Shown here in pieces: positions 1-9,721 of a stretch of 64,000 nt of DNA. Every line of letters begins with the position of its first letter. The stretch's first letter is position 1. Origin of the DNA: Leptospiraceae bacterium (GTDB lineage Bacteria > Spirochaetota > Leptospiria > Leptospirales > Leptospiraceae); NCBI GenBank assembly GCA_022402465.1, contig JAKRSH010000026.1, positions 112,741 to 176,740 of the forward strand, given 5' to 3'. A model generated the notes under the pieces. The model searched no databases. It had not been told where the DNA came from and saw only the letters and a program-made list of their open reading frames with translations. The translations under genes and the position numbers were made by a program.

Positions 1-121
1 ATTAATAAAAATTCTTTATCATTATTCTATAAATCATCTTGAATTCTAATTGGAGGAAGGAATTGTATTTATTTAAAATCAAAGACTTGATGAATATTCT
101 CAAAGATTTATCTTAGTATAT

Positions 122-769
122 ATGAATAAAATATTTACTGCTTTCATTTTGCTGCCTATTTTTCTCTTGAACTCTAATTGCATTCAAAATCTTACAAAAT
201 GTCCGATAGATACTCTTTCATTAAAGAGTGAATGTGAGAGTGAGAGAAAGCAGGAGGAACAAAACTTATTTCTTCTTTTGGGTCTAGCTGCTGCGTCTGC
301 GAGCTCAGATAATCTTTCAGGAAAGGCATTAGAGTTTTACAATATTATAGAGTCATACCGTACAAATGGTTCTTACACTTTAACGAATGGAACTACACGA
401 ACCTTCTTGAATTCTTCGAAATGTTCTGGCTCTACTTCTCAACATCCTTCTCTCAACAGGGCTGCACAGAAACACAATGACAATATGGTTCGTTTCAATT
501 TCTTTTCTCATACTGGACAGGATGGTTCGACACCGAGTACACGAGTTAGAGCAGAAGGACTTAACGTGGGTGCTGGAGAAAATATAGCAGCAGGCAATGC
601 AAGTGCCGAAGCAACTTTTGATCAGTGGTGGAATTCTTCAGGGCACAGATCCAATATGGAAAATTGCAATTATACTCATGTTGGAATAGGATATACCGCA
701 CGTGAGACGGTCAATTCCAGTGCAAATTTTTCTCATTACTGGACGAACGTATTCGCGACCATTCGTTAG
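122..769 (+). CDS. CAP/SCP-domain (YkwD-like) secreted lipoprotein
   Basis: 215-aa ORF. N-terminal signal peptide with a lipobox-like LLNSNC. The C-terminal half follows the CAP/SCP pattern (FFSHTGQDGSTP..R....G......GENIAAG....A...W..SSGHRSNM....YTHVGIGY). Confidence 0.7.
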   Translation: MNKIFTAFILLPIFLLNSNCIQNLTKCPIDTLSLKSECESERKQEEQNLFLLLGLAAASASSDNLSGKALEFYNIIESYRTNGSYTLTNGTTRTFLNSSKCSGSTSQHPSLNRAAQKHNDNMVRFNFFSHTGQDGSTPSTRVRAEGLNVGAGENIAAGNASAEATFDQWWNSSGHRSNMENCNYTHVGIGYTARETVNSSANFSHYWTNVFATIR

Positions 770-803
770 TTTATCTATTAGATTAAAATTATTTTTCTTT
801 GAT

Positions 804-1550
804 TTACGGAAGATACCGAAAGCCAGCGCCAAATCGGAAACCTTCTTCTTTAAGAAAGTCGGTTCGACCTAAATCAGAGAAAATGGAACTTCGGTATATC
901 TCTAAAGAGACTGCAATATTTTCTATTACAACTCTTGTTCCTAGGGATAAGGATTCTTTGCGGCCAGAGCCGCCGTCCCAAATTTGTCCTAAACCACCCC
1001 TCAAGTAACAATCGTAAATGTTGATAGGAAAATGCAGAGAAGCCTCTAGTTCAGCAGAAGCAATGCTTGCATTTAAAGTTCGTGGGAAAAATGATCCAAA
1101 GTTCGTAAGCTCAGGTGAATCCTCTCTCGGATTAGGAACAGGAATACCAAAAGATGCTAAAACTAGATAATCTCCAGGCAACACATTTGTCACTCGAGTA
1201 TTAGAACGTGTTAGGCTGCCTCCTATACCCAACCAGGAAAGTATTCCATATTCCACTCCCCATCGAAGGTTTTGATTGATTATTTCTGATTCTTTATAAT
1301 CTAGAGCTTTGGCGATTCCTAAATTTCTTCTTTCAGGGTTCGAAGAGAGGACAAGTGGAGCTACATCATAAAGATAAAACAAGGTTGTAAACCTTTCTGG
1401 AGAAGCATCATCTGAGACTTTACTTTGTAAGGAGCCACCTTGAATTTCAAAGAGCCACTGATTTTTTTCAAATGCAGATGTTTCTGCAAAAATATTCATA
1501 CTAGTGCTATAACTTAGCAAAATTGAAATGATAACTCTAAAATGATTCAT
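804..1550 (-). CDS. putative small outer-membrane beta-barrel protein (hypothetical)
   Basis: 248-aa ORF convergent with the CAP gene. Signal peptide (..STSMNIFA/ETS), alternating hydrophobic/polar segments and an aromatic-rich C-terminus (GFRFGAGFRYLP). No family recognised. Confidence 0.45.
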   Translation of the reverse strand: MNHFRVIISILLSYSTSMNIFAETSAFEKNQWLFEIQGGSLQSKVSDDASPERFTTLFYLYDVAPLVLSSNPERRNLGIAKALDYKESEIINQNLRWGVEYGILSWLGIGGSLTRSNTRVTNVLPGDYLVLASFGIPVPNPREDSPELTNFGSFFPRTLNASIASAELEASLHFPINIYDCYLRGGLGQIWDGGSGRKESLSLGTRVVIENIAVSLEIYRSSIFSDLGRTDFLKEEGFRFGAGFRYLP

Positions 1551-1641
1551 AATTTCTATTTAGACTATTTTATTATAAAGATACTTTTTTTCGTTTCATT
1601 CTATTTATCTACACATCAATCTATATCCCTTGAATCAATTT

Positions 1642-4600
1642 TTATTGTTCTACGCATAGCAGACGATTAGAATTAGAACATAGCGTTGAACCATTTGTTA
1701 CGTAATTGAACAAAACAGTAGAGTCTGAAAGACCAAAGCTTCCGCTTCCAATCGTATTTGTAAAATTGTTACAATTAAAAGCAGAAGTATTAAAATTACT
1801 ATTTGCACCACCTGACCAAAAATTCCCTGCAACTGTAGAGAATGATGTGTTTATGCCCACTGTAAAATCTGATTTGATAAATCTACCAAGGCTGTCTGTC
1901 AAACCTATCAATGTTGATCTATCACTTCTATAGTATGCAGCATTTGGTTTAAAAACCCAATCAATACCTCCTGGAATTCGATTTGGTGTCAAAAGCAACA
2001 TGGCCTTGTATCGACCTGACTTAGGGTGATTTAAATCTGTTAGATCATTGCATTTTGCATCAGCTCCAGTGAGACCACCTAAATTACCATTGTTTGTATT
2101 ATTCGTTACCCAGATACGATGTCGTGATTCAAGACAATAAAGACGATTAGCAGTATTGCATTGAATGAAAGAATTAGAATGCCAAGAATTAGTTGCCGAG
2201 TTAGTCGTACCCCGCATTCCATTAACAAGATTTGAATTGCTTGTCCAGTTGGAACAATTATTGGTTGAAATACTGAAGCCTGGATCAAAGCCAGTCCAGG
2301 TGAAGGCAAGAGTACCATTCCATGAGCTTAAGAGTGAAACTTGTGGATTTCCTAATGCATCACTTGTCTGAATGCTAGTAGTATTATCTGTACGCCTATA
2401 TTCCGTTAGTGGCTGAAAAGGATTTCCTACCCCTAAGTTTCTTTGTGGGCTTGCTGATCCAAGAAATGCCAAATACGGAACTCCAGGTGTTGGGCGATTG
2501 CTATCGGCATTGCATTTATCATCCGCGCCTATGGGGCCGCCAAGATTCCCATCAAAGGTCGAATCACTTACAAAGGCTCTGTAATAAACTGTTCCCAATG
2601 GAAAGAATGTTCGAGTGGAGAGAGATCCATTCGGGTTGTAATTTGCTTTACATACTCTAACAGCCGTAGTAATTCCAACAGCACCCGAATATAAATACGT
2701 ACCTGTATTTAAACCTAAGTCTGTCATACCAGCCCCACAACTTGCACCAGAACAAATTGGATTTACAGTGGTAGGGTGTGGTTTAGTATCTAAGCATAAT
2801 CTACCACCGATTGTATTCGTTTCAAAACGAACCGTAATTGGTGGAGTAAAAATATCTCCACCAATAATTGTATCGGTTATATGATTTTTAACAATAGGCA
2901 CTCCAGTTTCAAAAGTAAAATCTCTGCTTAATGCAGTTGAGGTTAAATAGTTTGCTTTACAAGCTATAGCCCTAAGTCCTAGACTTGCACTGGCTGCTAG
3001 GTTCGGTAAATCCAGAGGTAATGTATAAAGACTACCAGAAGCGCAATCAGCTGGATTCAAACTATCTAAGCGATAACGGATTGTTGAGCCTGTGGTTATT
3101 GAGGTAATAGTCACCAATTCATCATTGATCTTAGTGCCTGAAGTAGAAACTGTGTCAGGTATTGCAACTTGGTAAGTATAATTTAAATCAGCAACCGCAG
3201 AGGGCGTTTTACCTGGAGCACAACCAATTGCTTTAATATTCGCTGCCCCTAATGATGTGGGTGCTTGAAGAAAAGGTGTTGAATAGGTGCTTGCACCTAC
3301 TCCTGTACAATCAGGGTTTGTACCATCTGTTCGGTAATAAATTATTGTGGAATCAAGAGAACTCAGAGTGATAGTTGGGTCGTTGTTTACGATACTTGGT
3401 GCTGGTGAGGCAGAAACGGCACCTACAGTTCCAGTTATATTAAAAGTTTGCAGAACTACATTTGACTGCTGGTGGTTGTTGCTGCAAGCCCTGATTCTAA
3501 AATCACTCGTTACACTAATTATCGGTCTAGCCCCAGAATTGTAAACTGTTGATCCACTAGCACAAGTTTGACCCAAAGGATTGGCTACTCCACCTAGGGT
3601 TGTAGAACATTCAGGATCTGCTCCAATTCGATAGCAAAGAGCTTGCATAGCGGGAGGTGCATTGATGGAAGCAGTTACTCGGTTCGCAGGGTCCAAGCTA
3701 GCAGATAGAGTAGGTGAAGTAACTGGACCATTTACCGTATAGCTACCGCTAAACAAATTCGATGTAACAAAGCCTGCTCTGCAAGCTATTGCTTTCACAG
3801 ATCTTAATGCTGGACTTGGGAAGGCAGCTATAGTTACGCTATTTATGATAGGATCAGCACAAGTTGGATCTGCTGGAGGTGTAAAAAATGAACCTTCAAC
3901 AACTCGTAAACTAGCACCAGCAGAGCTTGCAAAAGTAATGGTAGCTGAATTTCCAAATATTGTAGCATTAGCAAAATTTGGTGTCGGAGTGTCTGCACGT
4001 AGTGTGAATGTAGCAGTACCAATTAAGGAATCATTCCATCCTGCTAAACAAGCTATTGCTCGAATTCGAGTGTCTGTTTGTACAACGGAAACGGGTTGAG
4101 TCGTGGATCCAACTCCACATGTTGGATTAGGAGGATCTGAGCCTGTAGCAAGATTATAATAAACCGTTGAGCCAGCATTGGAAGCTATAGTTACACTTTG
4201 AATATCATTATAAGTTCCAGTGGTCGGAGTAAAAGTAGGAGTTGCTAATGTTCCAGTGATTGTATAATTAGAAGATGTCGAAGATGAAGGGTTCCATAAA
4301 GGAGTATTCCTACAACTAATAGCAGTTATTGTCTGAGATATGGGAACTGAAATAGGAGAAGAATAAACTGTGTCAGAGCAAGTAGCTGGACTTCCATCCG
4401 TCCTATATCTTATTTCTGTTCCTACTGGGTTTCCTGAGCCATTGTTTAATGTAATATTTTGTGTGGAGGTAAATGTTCCAGAGGCTGGAGTAAAACTAGG
4501 TGCAACCAAAGTTCCTGTGAGAATATAATTGCCACTGCTAACAGAAGAAGGATCGAAGTTTGCTCTACATGCAATTGCTCTTATTTGAACTGCAACTTCA

Positions 4601-6000
4601 GAGGCATCGGCTATCACAGTTGGAGGAATGGTTGAACTGACACAAGTTGGAAGGGAACCATCATCAGTAAAATGAATGATGCTAGATGAAGTACTAGAGG
4701 ATGCAGAAACGATTTGAGAACTTTGTATTGCAAAAGGTGGTGCAGGGCTAAGTATCGGATTTGCAACTTCTAGAGTGTAGGTTTGTATAGGAGAAGGAGT
4801 GCTAGGCATCCAAGCAAGCAAACAACCAATGGCTTGGATTCTAGTATTTGTTGAATTCACTAATATAGGCGAAGTATAAAGTGTAGAAGAACAATTAGCT
4901 ATAGGTGCGGACCCATCCGTTGTGATTGCATATCGAATCTCAGCACCAGGTGTAACTACACTTAAGCCTATCGTTTGTTCGTTGTTATATGTTCCTCCTG
5001 CGATCGAAAAACTTGGTGTATCAACAGTTCCCGTTATGATATAAGAAAAACTCGCCAAGCTTGATGCAGTCCAATCAGGAGCACAGGCAATTGCTCGTAT
5101 TGTTGTAGAGGCAAGCATAGTCACAGGATTCGGTGTGGATGGACTCGAACATGTTGGAGTTGTGCCATCAACAGTGTAGTGTATAGTTGTCCCTGCTGGA
5201 GGAGCAGCTGGTGGACTGAGCATAGTATTCTGAGGGCTTGTCGTATAATTTGCTGAAGGCGGATTGGTTGCAAGAGTGGATGTAACCATTCCTAATTGGC
5301 CATTTGTGATTCGGTAAATCCCTGTTTGTATGCTGGATGATTTTTGTAACAAGCAAGCAATAGCTCTTAGTTCAAGGCCTGGAAGACTAGGCTGAGGAAT
5401 TGCTATGGGAGTGGTATATTCTGTTCCAACACCAGTACCATCCGGGTTACAAGCAGGATTCGAACCATTGGTTGTAAAAAAAATTTTAGCCAGAGGAACA
5501 GAAGAACTTATTATAACAGCTGTTGGGGCGGAAAATTCCCCAGGATTGGGCGAGAAATTCGGAATGGGAAGTAGGGATTCTTGGCATTGGACTAAGATAG
5601 AATTTATTGCTGTTCTTCCCATGGTTCCTTGGTTTCCTCCAATGGTGCAAGATTGATCTGGATTGGACGGTTGTTGGAGGATAGTGATGGAATACCTGGA
5701 ACTAGGACTAGGCACTAAATTAAAGCGAAAAGAACCATTAGAATTTACTTCCAAACTCTCTTTTTCTTTACTACCATTCAACTCGGATTCCAATTCAAGT
5801 GTTAGTCCCCTTCCTAGGAGTCCAGAAACTTCCCCTCCCAAAGACGGCCGGTTGAAAAGACTAAACAGGATATTAAAGGTTGCAAAATCAGAACCAAGCC
5901 TATCCAAACCAGGCATACAAGATAACCCGAAAGCAAGAATCAATGCATAGGAAAAAAAAATTATCAATTTATTCTTGAAAATGTTACAATAATTACGCAT
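1642..6000 (-). CDS. giant surface lipoprotein: ~10 chitobiase/FN3-associated-like repeats plus two C-terminal DUF1554-like domains
   Basis: 1452-aa ORF. Lipobox AFGLSC near the N-terminus. About ten ~70-85 aa modules each end in [IV]-[RK]-A-I-[AG]-C-x(4-7)-S (e.g. LRAIACLLQKSS, IRAIACAPDWTAS, IQAIGCLLAWMPS). The C-terminal ~320 aa carry two copies of the Leptospira DUF1554 pattern (AFVSDSTFDGNLGGPIGADDKCN; IWVTNNTNNGNLGGLTGADAKCN; each ending ..RLYC / RLLCVEQ). Confidence 0.8.
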   Translation of the reverse strand: MRNYCNIFKNKLIIFFSYALILAFGLSCMPGLDRLGSDFATFNILFSLFNRPSLGGEVSGLLGRGLTLELESELNGSKEKESLEVNSNGSFRFNLVPSPSSRYSITILQQPSNPDQSCTIGGNQGTMGRTAINSILVQCQESLLPIPNFSPNPGEFSAPTAVIISSSVPLAKIFFTTNGSNPACNPDGTGVGTEYTTPIAIPQPSLPGLELRAIACLLQKSSSIQTGIYRITNGQLGMVTSTLATNPPSANYTTSPQNTMLSPPAAPPAGTTIHYTVDGTTPTCSSPSTPNPVTMLASTTIRAIACAPDWTASSLASFSYIITGTVDTPSFSIAGGTYNNEQTIGLSVVTPGAEIRYAITTDGSAPIANCSSTLYTSPILVNSTNTRIQAIGCLLAWMPSTPSPIQTYTLEVANPILSPAPPFAIQSSQIVSASSSTSSSIIHFTDDGSLPTCVSSTIPPTVIADASEVAVQIRAIACRANFDPSSVSSGNYILTGTLVAPSFTPASGTFTSTQNITLNNGSGNPVGTEIRYRTDGSPATCSDTVYSSPISVPISQTITAISCRNTPLWNPSSSTSSNYTITGTLATPTFTPTTGTYNDIQSVTIASNAGSTVYYNLATGSDPPNPTCGVGSTTQPVSVVQTDTRIRAIACLAGWNDSLIGTATFTLRADTPTPNFANATIFGNSATITFASSAGASLRVVEGSFFTPPADPTCADPIINSVTIAAFPSPALRSVKAIACRAGFVTSNLFSGSYTVNGPVTSPTLSASLDPANRVTASINAPPAMQALCYRIGADPECSTTLGGVANPLGQTCASGSTVYNSGARPIISVTSDFRIRACSNNHQQSNVVLQTFNITGTVGAVSASPAPSIVNNDPTITLSSLDSTIIYYRTDGTNPDCTGVGASTYSTPFLQAPTSLGAANIKAIGCAPGKTPSAVADLNYTYQVAIPDTVSTSGTKINDELVTITSITTGSTIRYRLDSLNPADCASGSLYTLPLDLPNLAASASLGLRAIACKANYLTSTALSRDFTFETGVPIVKNHITDTIIGGDIFTPPITVRFETNTIGGRLCLDTKPHPTTVNPICSGASCGAGMTDLGLNTGTYLYSGAVGITTAVRVCKANYNPNGSLSTRTFFPLGTVYYRAFVSDSTFDGNLGGPIGADDKCNADSNRPTPGVPYLAFLGSASPQRNLGVGNPFQPLTEYRRTDNTTSIQTSDALGNPQVSLLSSWNGTLAFTWTGFDPGFSISTNNCSNWTSNSNLVNGMRGTTNSATNSWHSNSFIQCNTANRLYCLESRHRIWVTNNTNNGNLGGLTGADAKCNDLTDLNHPKSGRYKAMLLLTPNRIPGGIDWVFKPNAAYYRSDRSTLIGLTDSLGRFIKSDFTVGINTSFSTVAGNFWSGGANSNFNTSAFNCNNFTNTIGSGSFGLSDSTVLFNYVTNGSTLCSNSNRLLCVEQ

Positions 6001-6297
6001 AATTCTAAATAACTTAAAAGCTATAACAACTGAAAACTATTTTTTCTCAATTTTGAATATTTTTCAAAAAAATCCAAACCAAATTTTAATGAGAGCTTTC
6101 ATTAACATAGAATAAATTACATTACTCATTTACGGAATCATTGTTTGGTTTTGGACAAAATTTCAGAAAAAATAAGATTAGATCCAAGAATAATTTACCA
6201 GATCATCCCCAATCATGCACGGTTGTCTAAGAGTAGTTTTTCAAAAATAAGTATTTTTTTCTTTTCTCTAAGCGCTACTAAGCTGTCTATTTGGTAG

Positions 6298-7368
6298 ATG
6301 AAATTTATCCTAATTCTAATTTGCTTCAGTTTAGTTTTTCCTCTTTTTGCAGAGGAAGACCCATTTCTTGAGATGGAGGTGCAAGTATCCAATGACCTTG
6401 TATTTCGAGGTTCATCCTTTAACGGAGATTTGACGAATGATAGAAATAATCGTAAATACCAGTCTTATACTGACGCTTGGTCCATAATTCCTGATTTACG
6501 ATTTAGAACACCTTTAGAGGGTTTAAGTGTATTTTTATGGGGAAATATCAATCTCCAGCATTATGGAGATAGGGATACGGATCAGTATCTCTTTCAAAAC
6601 GGCGCGGGTCAGCCTGATAGGACCCAAGAAATTTTGAGCAATGTAGGAAGTCCAGGTTTTGGTTTCGACCCTAACCAAGTGAAGAGGTACAAAGAAAAAA
6701 ATGGAGCCCAGCGGTGGAATAGCGCCTTTATGGGTATAGATTATTCTTGGGATACCAAACTTGGTGGACTTACTTATGGAACTTGGCTTTGGTCTAGTGC
6801 TAACCCAGAGGATAAATCTATTTGGCAAGAATGGTTCTTTAGATATAGACCACCTATCTTAGATTATTTGAATCCGGAGTTTGGTTTTTTCATTAATACA
6901 TCCACTAACTCACAAACTAATTCTGCACAGCTACAAGAGAATACCACAGGTCAGAAGTATTTTTCATTTGAAATGCGGCATACCTTTTTTGATGGAGATT
7001 TCTTTCAAATTGAATGGGAAGGGCATACTGGATATTTAATGCACAATGACAATAAGAACAGATTGTCTGGGGTTTCTAATATAACCAACACCCTACGTTT
7101 TGTATTTGGTGATATCTTTTTGGGAGGTTCATGGATCTATAGACCCGAGGTTGATCTATTCGATAGATTTGATTCTAATCCTAAGGATGGAAGGATAAGT
7201 GATCCATCCAAACTTTATGGAATTGAAAATCAATTTATCCAAAATCAAATCTTATCTTTGATTGCAAATGATCCTAATTTGTCGAATCTAGTCTATGAAA
7301 GAATTACGAGTCAATCTGTTATCCGTAATTTATTCACGGTTAACTTAGGTTATAGAGTTGTATTTTAG
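6298..7368 (+). CDS. putative outer-membrane beta-barrel protein (hypothetical)
   Basis: 356-aa ORF with an ATG start, a signal peptide (..VFPLFA/EED), Gly/aromatic-rich alternating segments and a C-terminal ..NLGYRVVF ending in Phe, as is typical for OMPs. No family recognised. Confidence 0.5.
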   Translation: MKFILILICFSLVFPLFAEEDPFLEMEVQVSNDLVFRGSSFNGDLTNDRNNRKYQSYTDAWSIIPDLRFRTPLEGLSVFLWGNINLQHYGDRDTDQYLFQNGAGQPDRTQEILSNVGSPGFGFDPNQVKRYKEKNGAQRWNSAFMGIDYSWDTKLGGLTYGTWLWSSANPEDKSIWQEWFFRYRPPILDYLNPEFGFFINTSTNSQTNSAQLQENTTGQKYFSFEMRHTFFDGDFFQIEWEGHTGYLMHNDNKNRLSGVSNITNTLRFVFGDIFLGGSWIYRPEVDLFDRFDSNPKDGRISDPSKLYGIENQFIQNQILSLIANDPNLSNLVYERITSQSVIRNLFTVNLGYRVVF

Positions 7369-7391
7369 AAATATATTTCCAAATTCATATT

Positions 7392-9572
7392 TCAAGAATA
7401 GGAAGATTTTTTATTCTTAGCTTTCTTTTTCCCAAGTTTTTTTAGCTCTCTTGCTCTTCGAATCATGATTTCTCGCATACTAAAATGAAATACGGGAGCT
7501 GAGTCGACTATACTTCGAATTTCCCCACTGTCTATCTTTAATAAAACACCTGCTCTAGTTGCAGTCACAGTAGCATTACGAACTGTATCATCTAAGGATC
7601 TATATTCTCCAAACATCTCTCCTGAATGAAGATCCCTTACTTTAGTATCATTATGTCTAACGCTAAATTCTCCATCGAGTATAATATAAAATCCAGTTTC
7701 TTTACTTCCTTGTGCGACTATAGTCTCCCCTTCTTGGACTTCGAAACGATTTGCAGCACGTGCTATTCTGTCATTTACATTATCCGCGAATTCATTGAAA
7801 GGAGCAGATTTTTCAATTTCTGAACGAATCAGCCAAAGTTTCTTGAGACCATCTATTCGCTTTTCATCTTTAATGAAATGATAGAAAAGTCTTTCTTCTA
7901 TAGCACAAAGTACTACTGGGGTGGAGGCTACAATAGAGGCTGATCTTGTTTTGTATTCATCAAGAACTGCCATATCTCCTACAAAATCCCCAGCTTCTTT
8001 GTAAGCTTTGATATCTAATTGTTTTCCATCATGCATCATAACGGAACATCTGCCTGCTAGTATAATATAAATTAAACCATTGGATGGTTCATTCTGTTTG
8101 AAGATCACATCTCCCGCATTGATATGGACGATATGAAAATTATTCATAAGTGCTGTTGCCCAATGGTGGGAGATATTTTTAAATGAGTCTGCAAGTATTT
8201 GCATGGTTCGAATCAGATAAGAGTCTTTTGTTCCAGAAATGATAGTATAGCGTTTACCGGCTACTGCATGGGAGAATGTTGCATCAAATTCAGAAGGTAA
8301 TTTCTCTAGGTGCATAAATACAATGCGATCTGATTTTGATTTTAAGGCATCCTTGGGATCACCGTGAAGTATGCCCATTCCACCATCTGCAAATAAGATA
8401 TCATATTTTTCTGTATACTTTTTCTGAATAAGTTCGAACTTTTCTTTGCGAACTATACCTTTTGCAACTAAATCCTCTATATCATGAAAAGATTTATTAT
8501 CACCTATAAATACTATGCTCTTATTCTCCCCTCGATCTTTCATGTGAAAGGTAGCACCTATGGTTGGTATAGAGTGAACAGTATAATGTGGTTCAATCTG
8601 CACGCCAAAAAACTCAGTCGTCTCACCGACTTTTACTTCAATGAACTCAAACATATGTGCTAGGTCTTCTAATGGAAGCAAGGTCTGAAGGGAAAGCTTC
8701 ATCATCGCCATCCAAAAGATTTCTTTAGTTGTAATGAGTTTGATCTTATTGGACAATCGAATTAGAGGAAAAATATTGCAATGATCATCATGGATATGCG
8801 TTAGAAAGATAGATCTTATCTCTGTAGTTGAAATGCCTCTTGCGTTTAATGCTTGTTGTAGATAAGGTGGACAATCAATCAACATTAGTTCAGAGTTATA
8901 ATGAAGTAAAAGAGAAGAACAAGGCTTATCTGTGATAAAACCAGAAGCACCACCTAGCACAGTAGCTCCAAAATGAATCGGAACATTGCTGACAAAATCA
9001 TTTCGGAGGTCATAGGGTGGATTTTGTTCTACTTGAAAGCTTATATCAATAGGCTCTCCTTGAATGGAAAATTTATCTACTCCTTTGTGCTCGATAGTTA
9101 TCCCATCTGAAAGTACAGCTCGTCCAGATTCGAATGGAATGAATTCTACAAAATCATCAATGCTCAGTTCCATGCCATCTTTATTTTTCAATGCCATGGC
9201 TCTAGACTCATTGTATAGATCATCAAACCAATAGTACCCACCTAATTCTTGGTATTCTTTTCTTGTTGGACCGAGTAAGGTAAGTCTTAGTAATTTGCGA
9301 TTTGCTTTTAGATGTAGGGGTGTACCTACGATCCGTAACTTTTTCCCTTTGAAGAAATTGCCCTGAACAAAAAGAAAGGAATATAAAGGAAATTCAGTAC
9401 AATTCTGAAGAACATCAAATCGATATGGTGTGTCAGGTAGAACAATGGTATCAGGTGGAGGACAATTTTGGTGGTCTAAAAATTTTATAACTTCAGGAGG
9501 GCATCCAAAAAGTATCGTTTTGTCATTGAAGTTGGCAACTTGTACACCAGGTACTATTGAAAGAATTTTCAT
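7392..9572 (-). CDS. metallo-beta-lactamase-fold hydrolase fused to two cyclic-nucleotide-binding domains
   Basis: 726-aa ORF. It has the HxHxDH motif (FLTHIHDDHCN) in an MBL-like core. Two C-terminal cNMP-binding-type segments follow (..GDFVGDMAVLD..TRSASIVA.. and ..GEMFGEYRSLDD..RNATVTA..). Confidence 0.8.
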   Translation of the reverse strand: MKILSIVPGVQVANFNDKTILFGCPPEVIKFLDHQNCPPPDTIVLPDTPYRFDVLQNCTEFPLYSFLFVQGNFFKGKKLRIVGTPLHLKANRKLLRLTLLGPTRKEYQELGGYYWFDDLYNESRAMALKNKDGMELSIDDFVEFIPFESGRAVLSDGITIEHKGVDKFSIQGEPIDISFQVEQNPPYDLRNDFVSNVPIHFGATVLGGASGFITDKPCSSLLLHYNSELMLIDCPPYLQQALNARGISTTEIRSIFLTHIHDDHCNIFPLIRLSNKIKLITTKEIFWMAMMKLSLQTLLPLEDLAHMFEFIEVKVGETTEFFGVQIEPHYTVHSIPTIGATFHMKDRGENKSIVFIGDNKSFHDIEDLVAKGIVRKEKFELIQKKYTEKYDILFADGGMGILHGDPKDALKSKSDRIVFMHLEKLPSEFDATFSHAVAGKRYTIISGTKDSYLIRTMQILADSFKNISHHWATALMNNFHIVHINAGDVIFKQNEPSNGLIYIILAGRCSVMMHDGKQLDIKAYKEAGDFVGDMAVLDEYKTRSASIVASTPVVLCAIEERLFYHFIKDEKRIDGLKKLWLIRSEIEKSAPFNEFADNVNDRIARAANRFEVQEGETIVAQGSKETGFYIILDGEFSVRHNDTKVRDLHSGEMFGEYRSLDDTVRNATVTATRAGVLLKIDSGEIRSIVDSAPVFHFSMREIMIRRARELKKLGKKKAKNKKSSYS

Positions 9573-9657
9573 AAAAATTAAAACCCCTATAAATTATCGA
9601 CAACTTGGTAGTCAATCTTCTCCCGCAGTGCACAAAATGATTTGCAGAAGTAACGAG

Positions 9658-9675
9658 ATTGTAATATTATTGTAA
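9658..9675 (+). promoter_or_regulatory. candidate operator: direct repeat ATTGTAA-N4-ATTGTAA upstream of exbB
   Basis: ATTGTAA occurs at 9658-9664 and again at 9669-9675, an 11-bp phasing. A third TGTAAT lies ~12 bp downstream. The site is ~45-65 bp upstream of the exbB-like start codon at 9722. No known consensus matched. Confidence 0.2.
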
Positions 9676-9721
9676 CAAATTTCCAGTGTAATGATCCCAT
9701 ATAAAAATCTGGAGTAATTTC

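Noticed and set aside
1642-6000. Possible tandem DNA repeats or phase-variable tracts in the giant repeat lipoprotein gene.
   Set aside because: The protein-level repeats are strongly diverged. I did not see long identical nucleotide repeats or homopolymer/short-unit tracts beyond ordinary A/T runs, so slippage-type variation is not supported.
6069-6163. Imperfect inverted repeat AAATCCAAACCAAATTTT ... TTTGGTTTTGGACAAAATTT in the divergent promoter region between the giant lipoprotein gene and the OMP-like gene.
   Set aside because: The arms are low-complexity A/T-rich sequence with an indel, and the arm starts lie ~75 nt apart. This is compatible with chance in a 297-bp AT-rich spacer. Nothing supports a structured RNA or operator.
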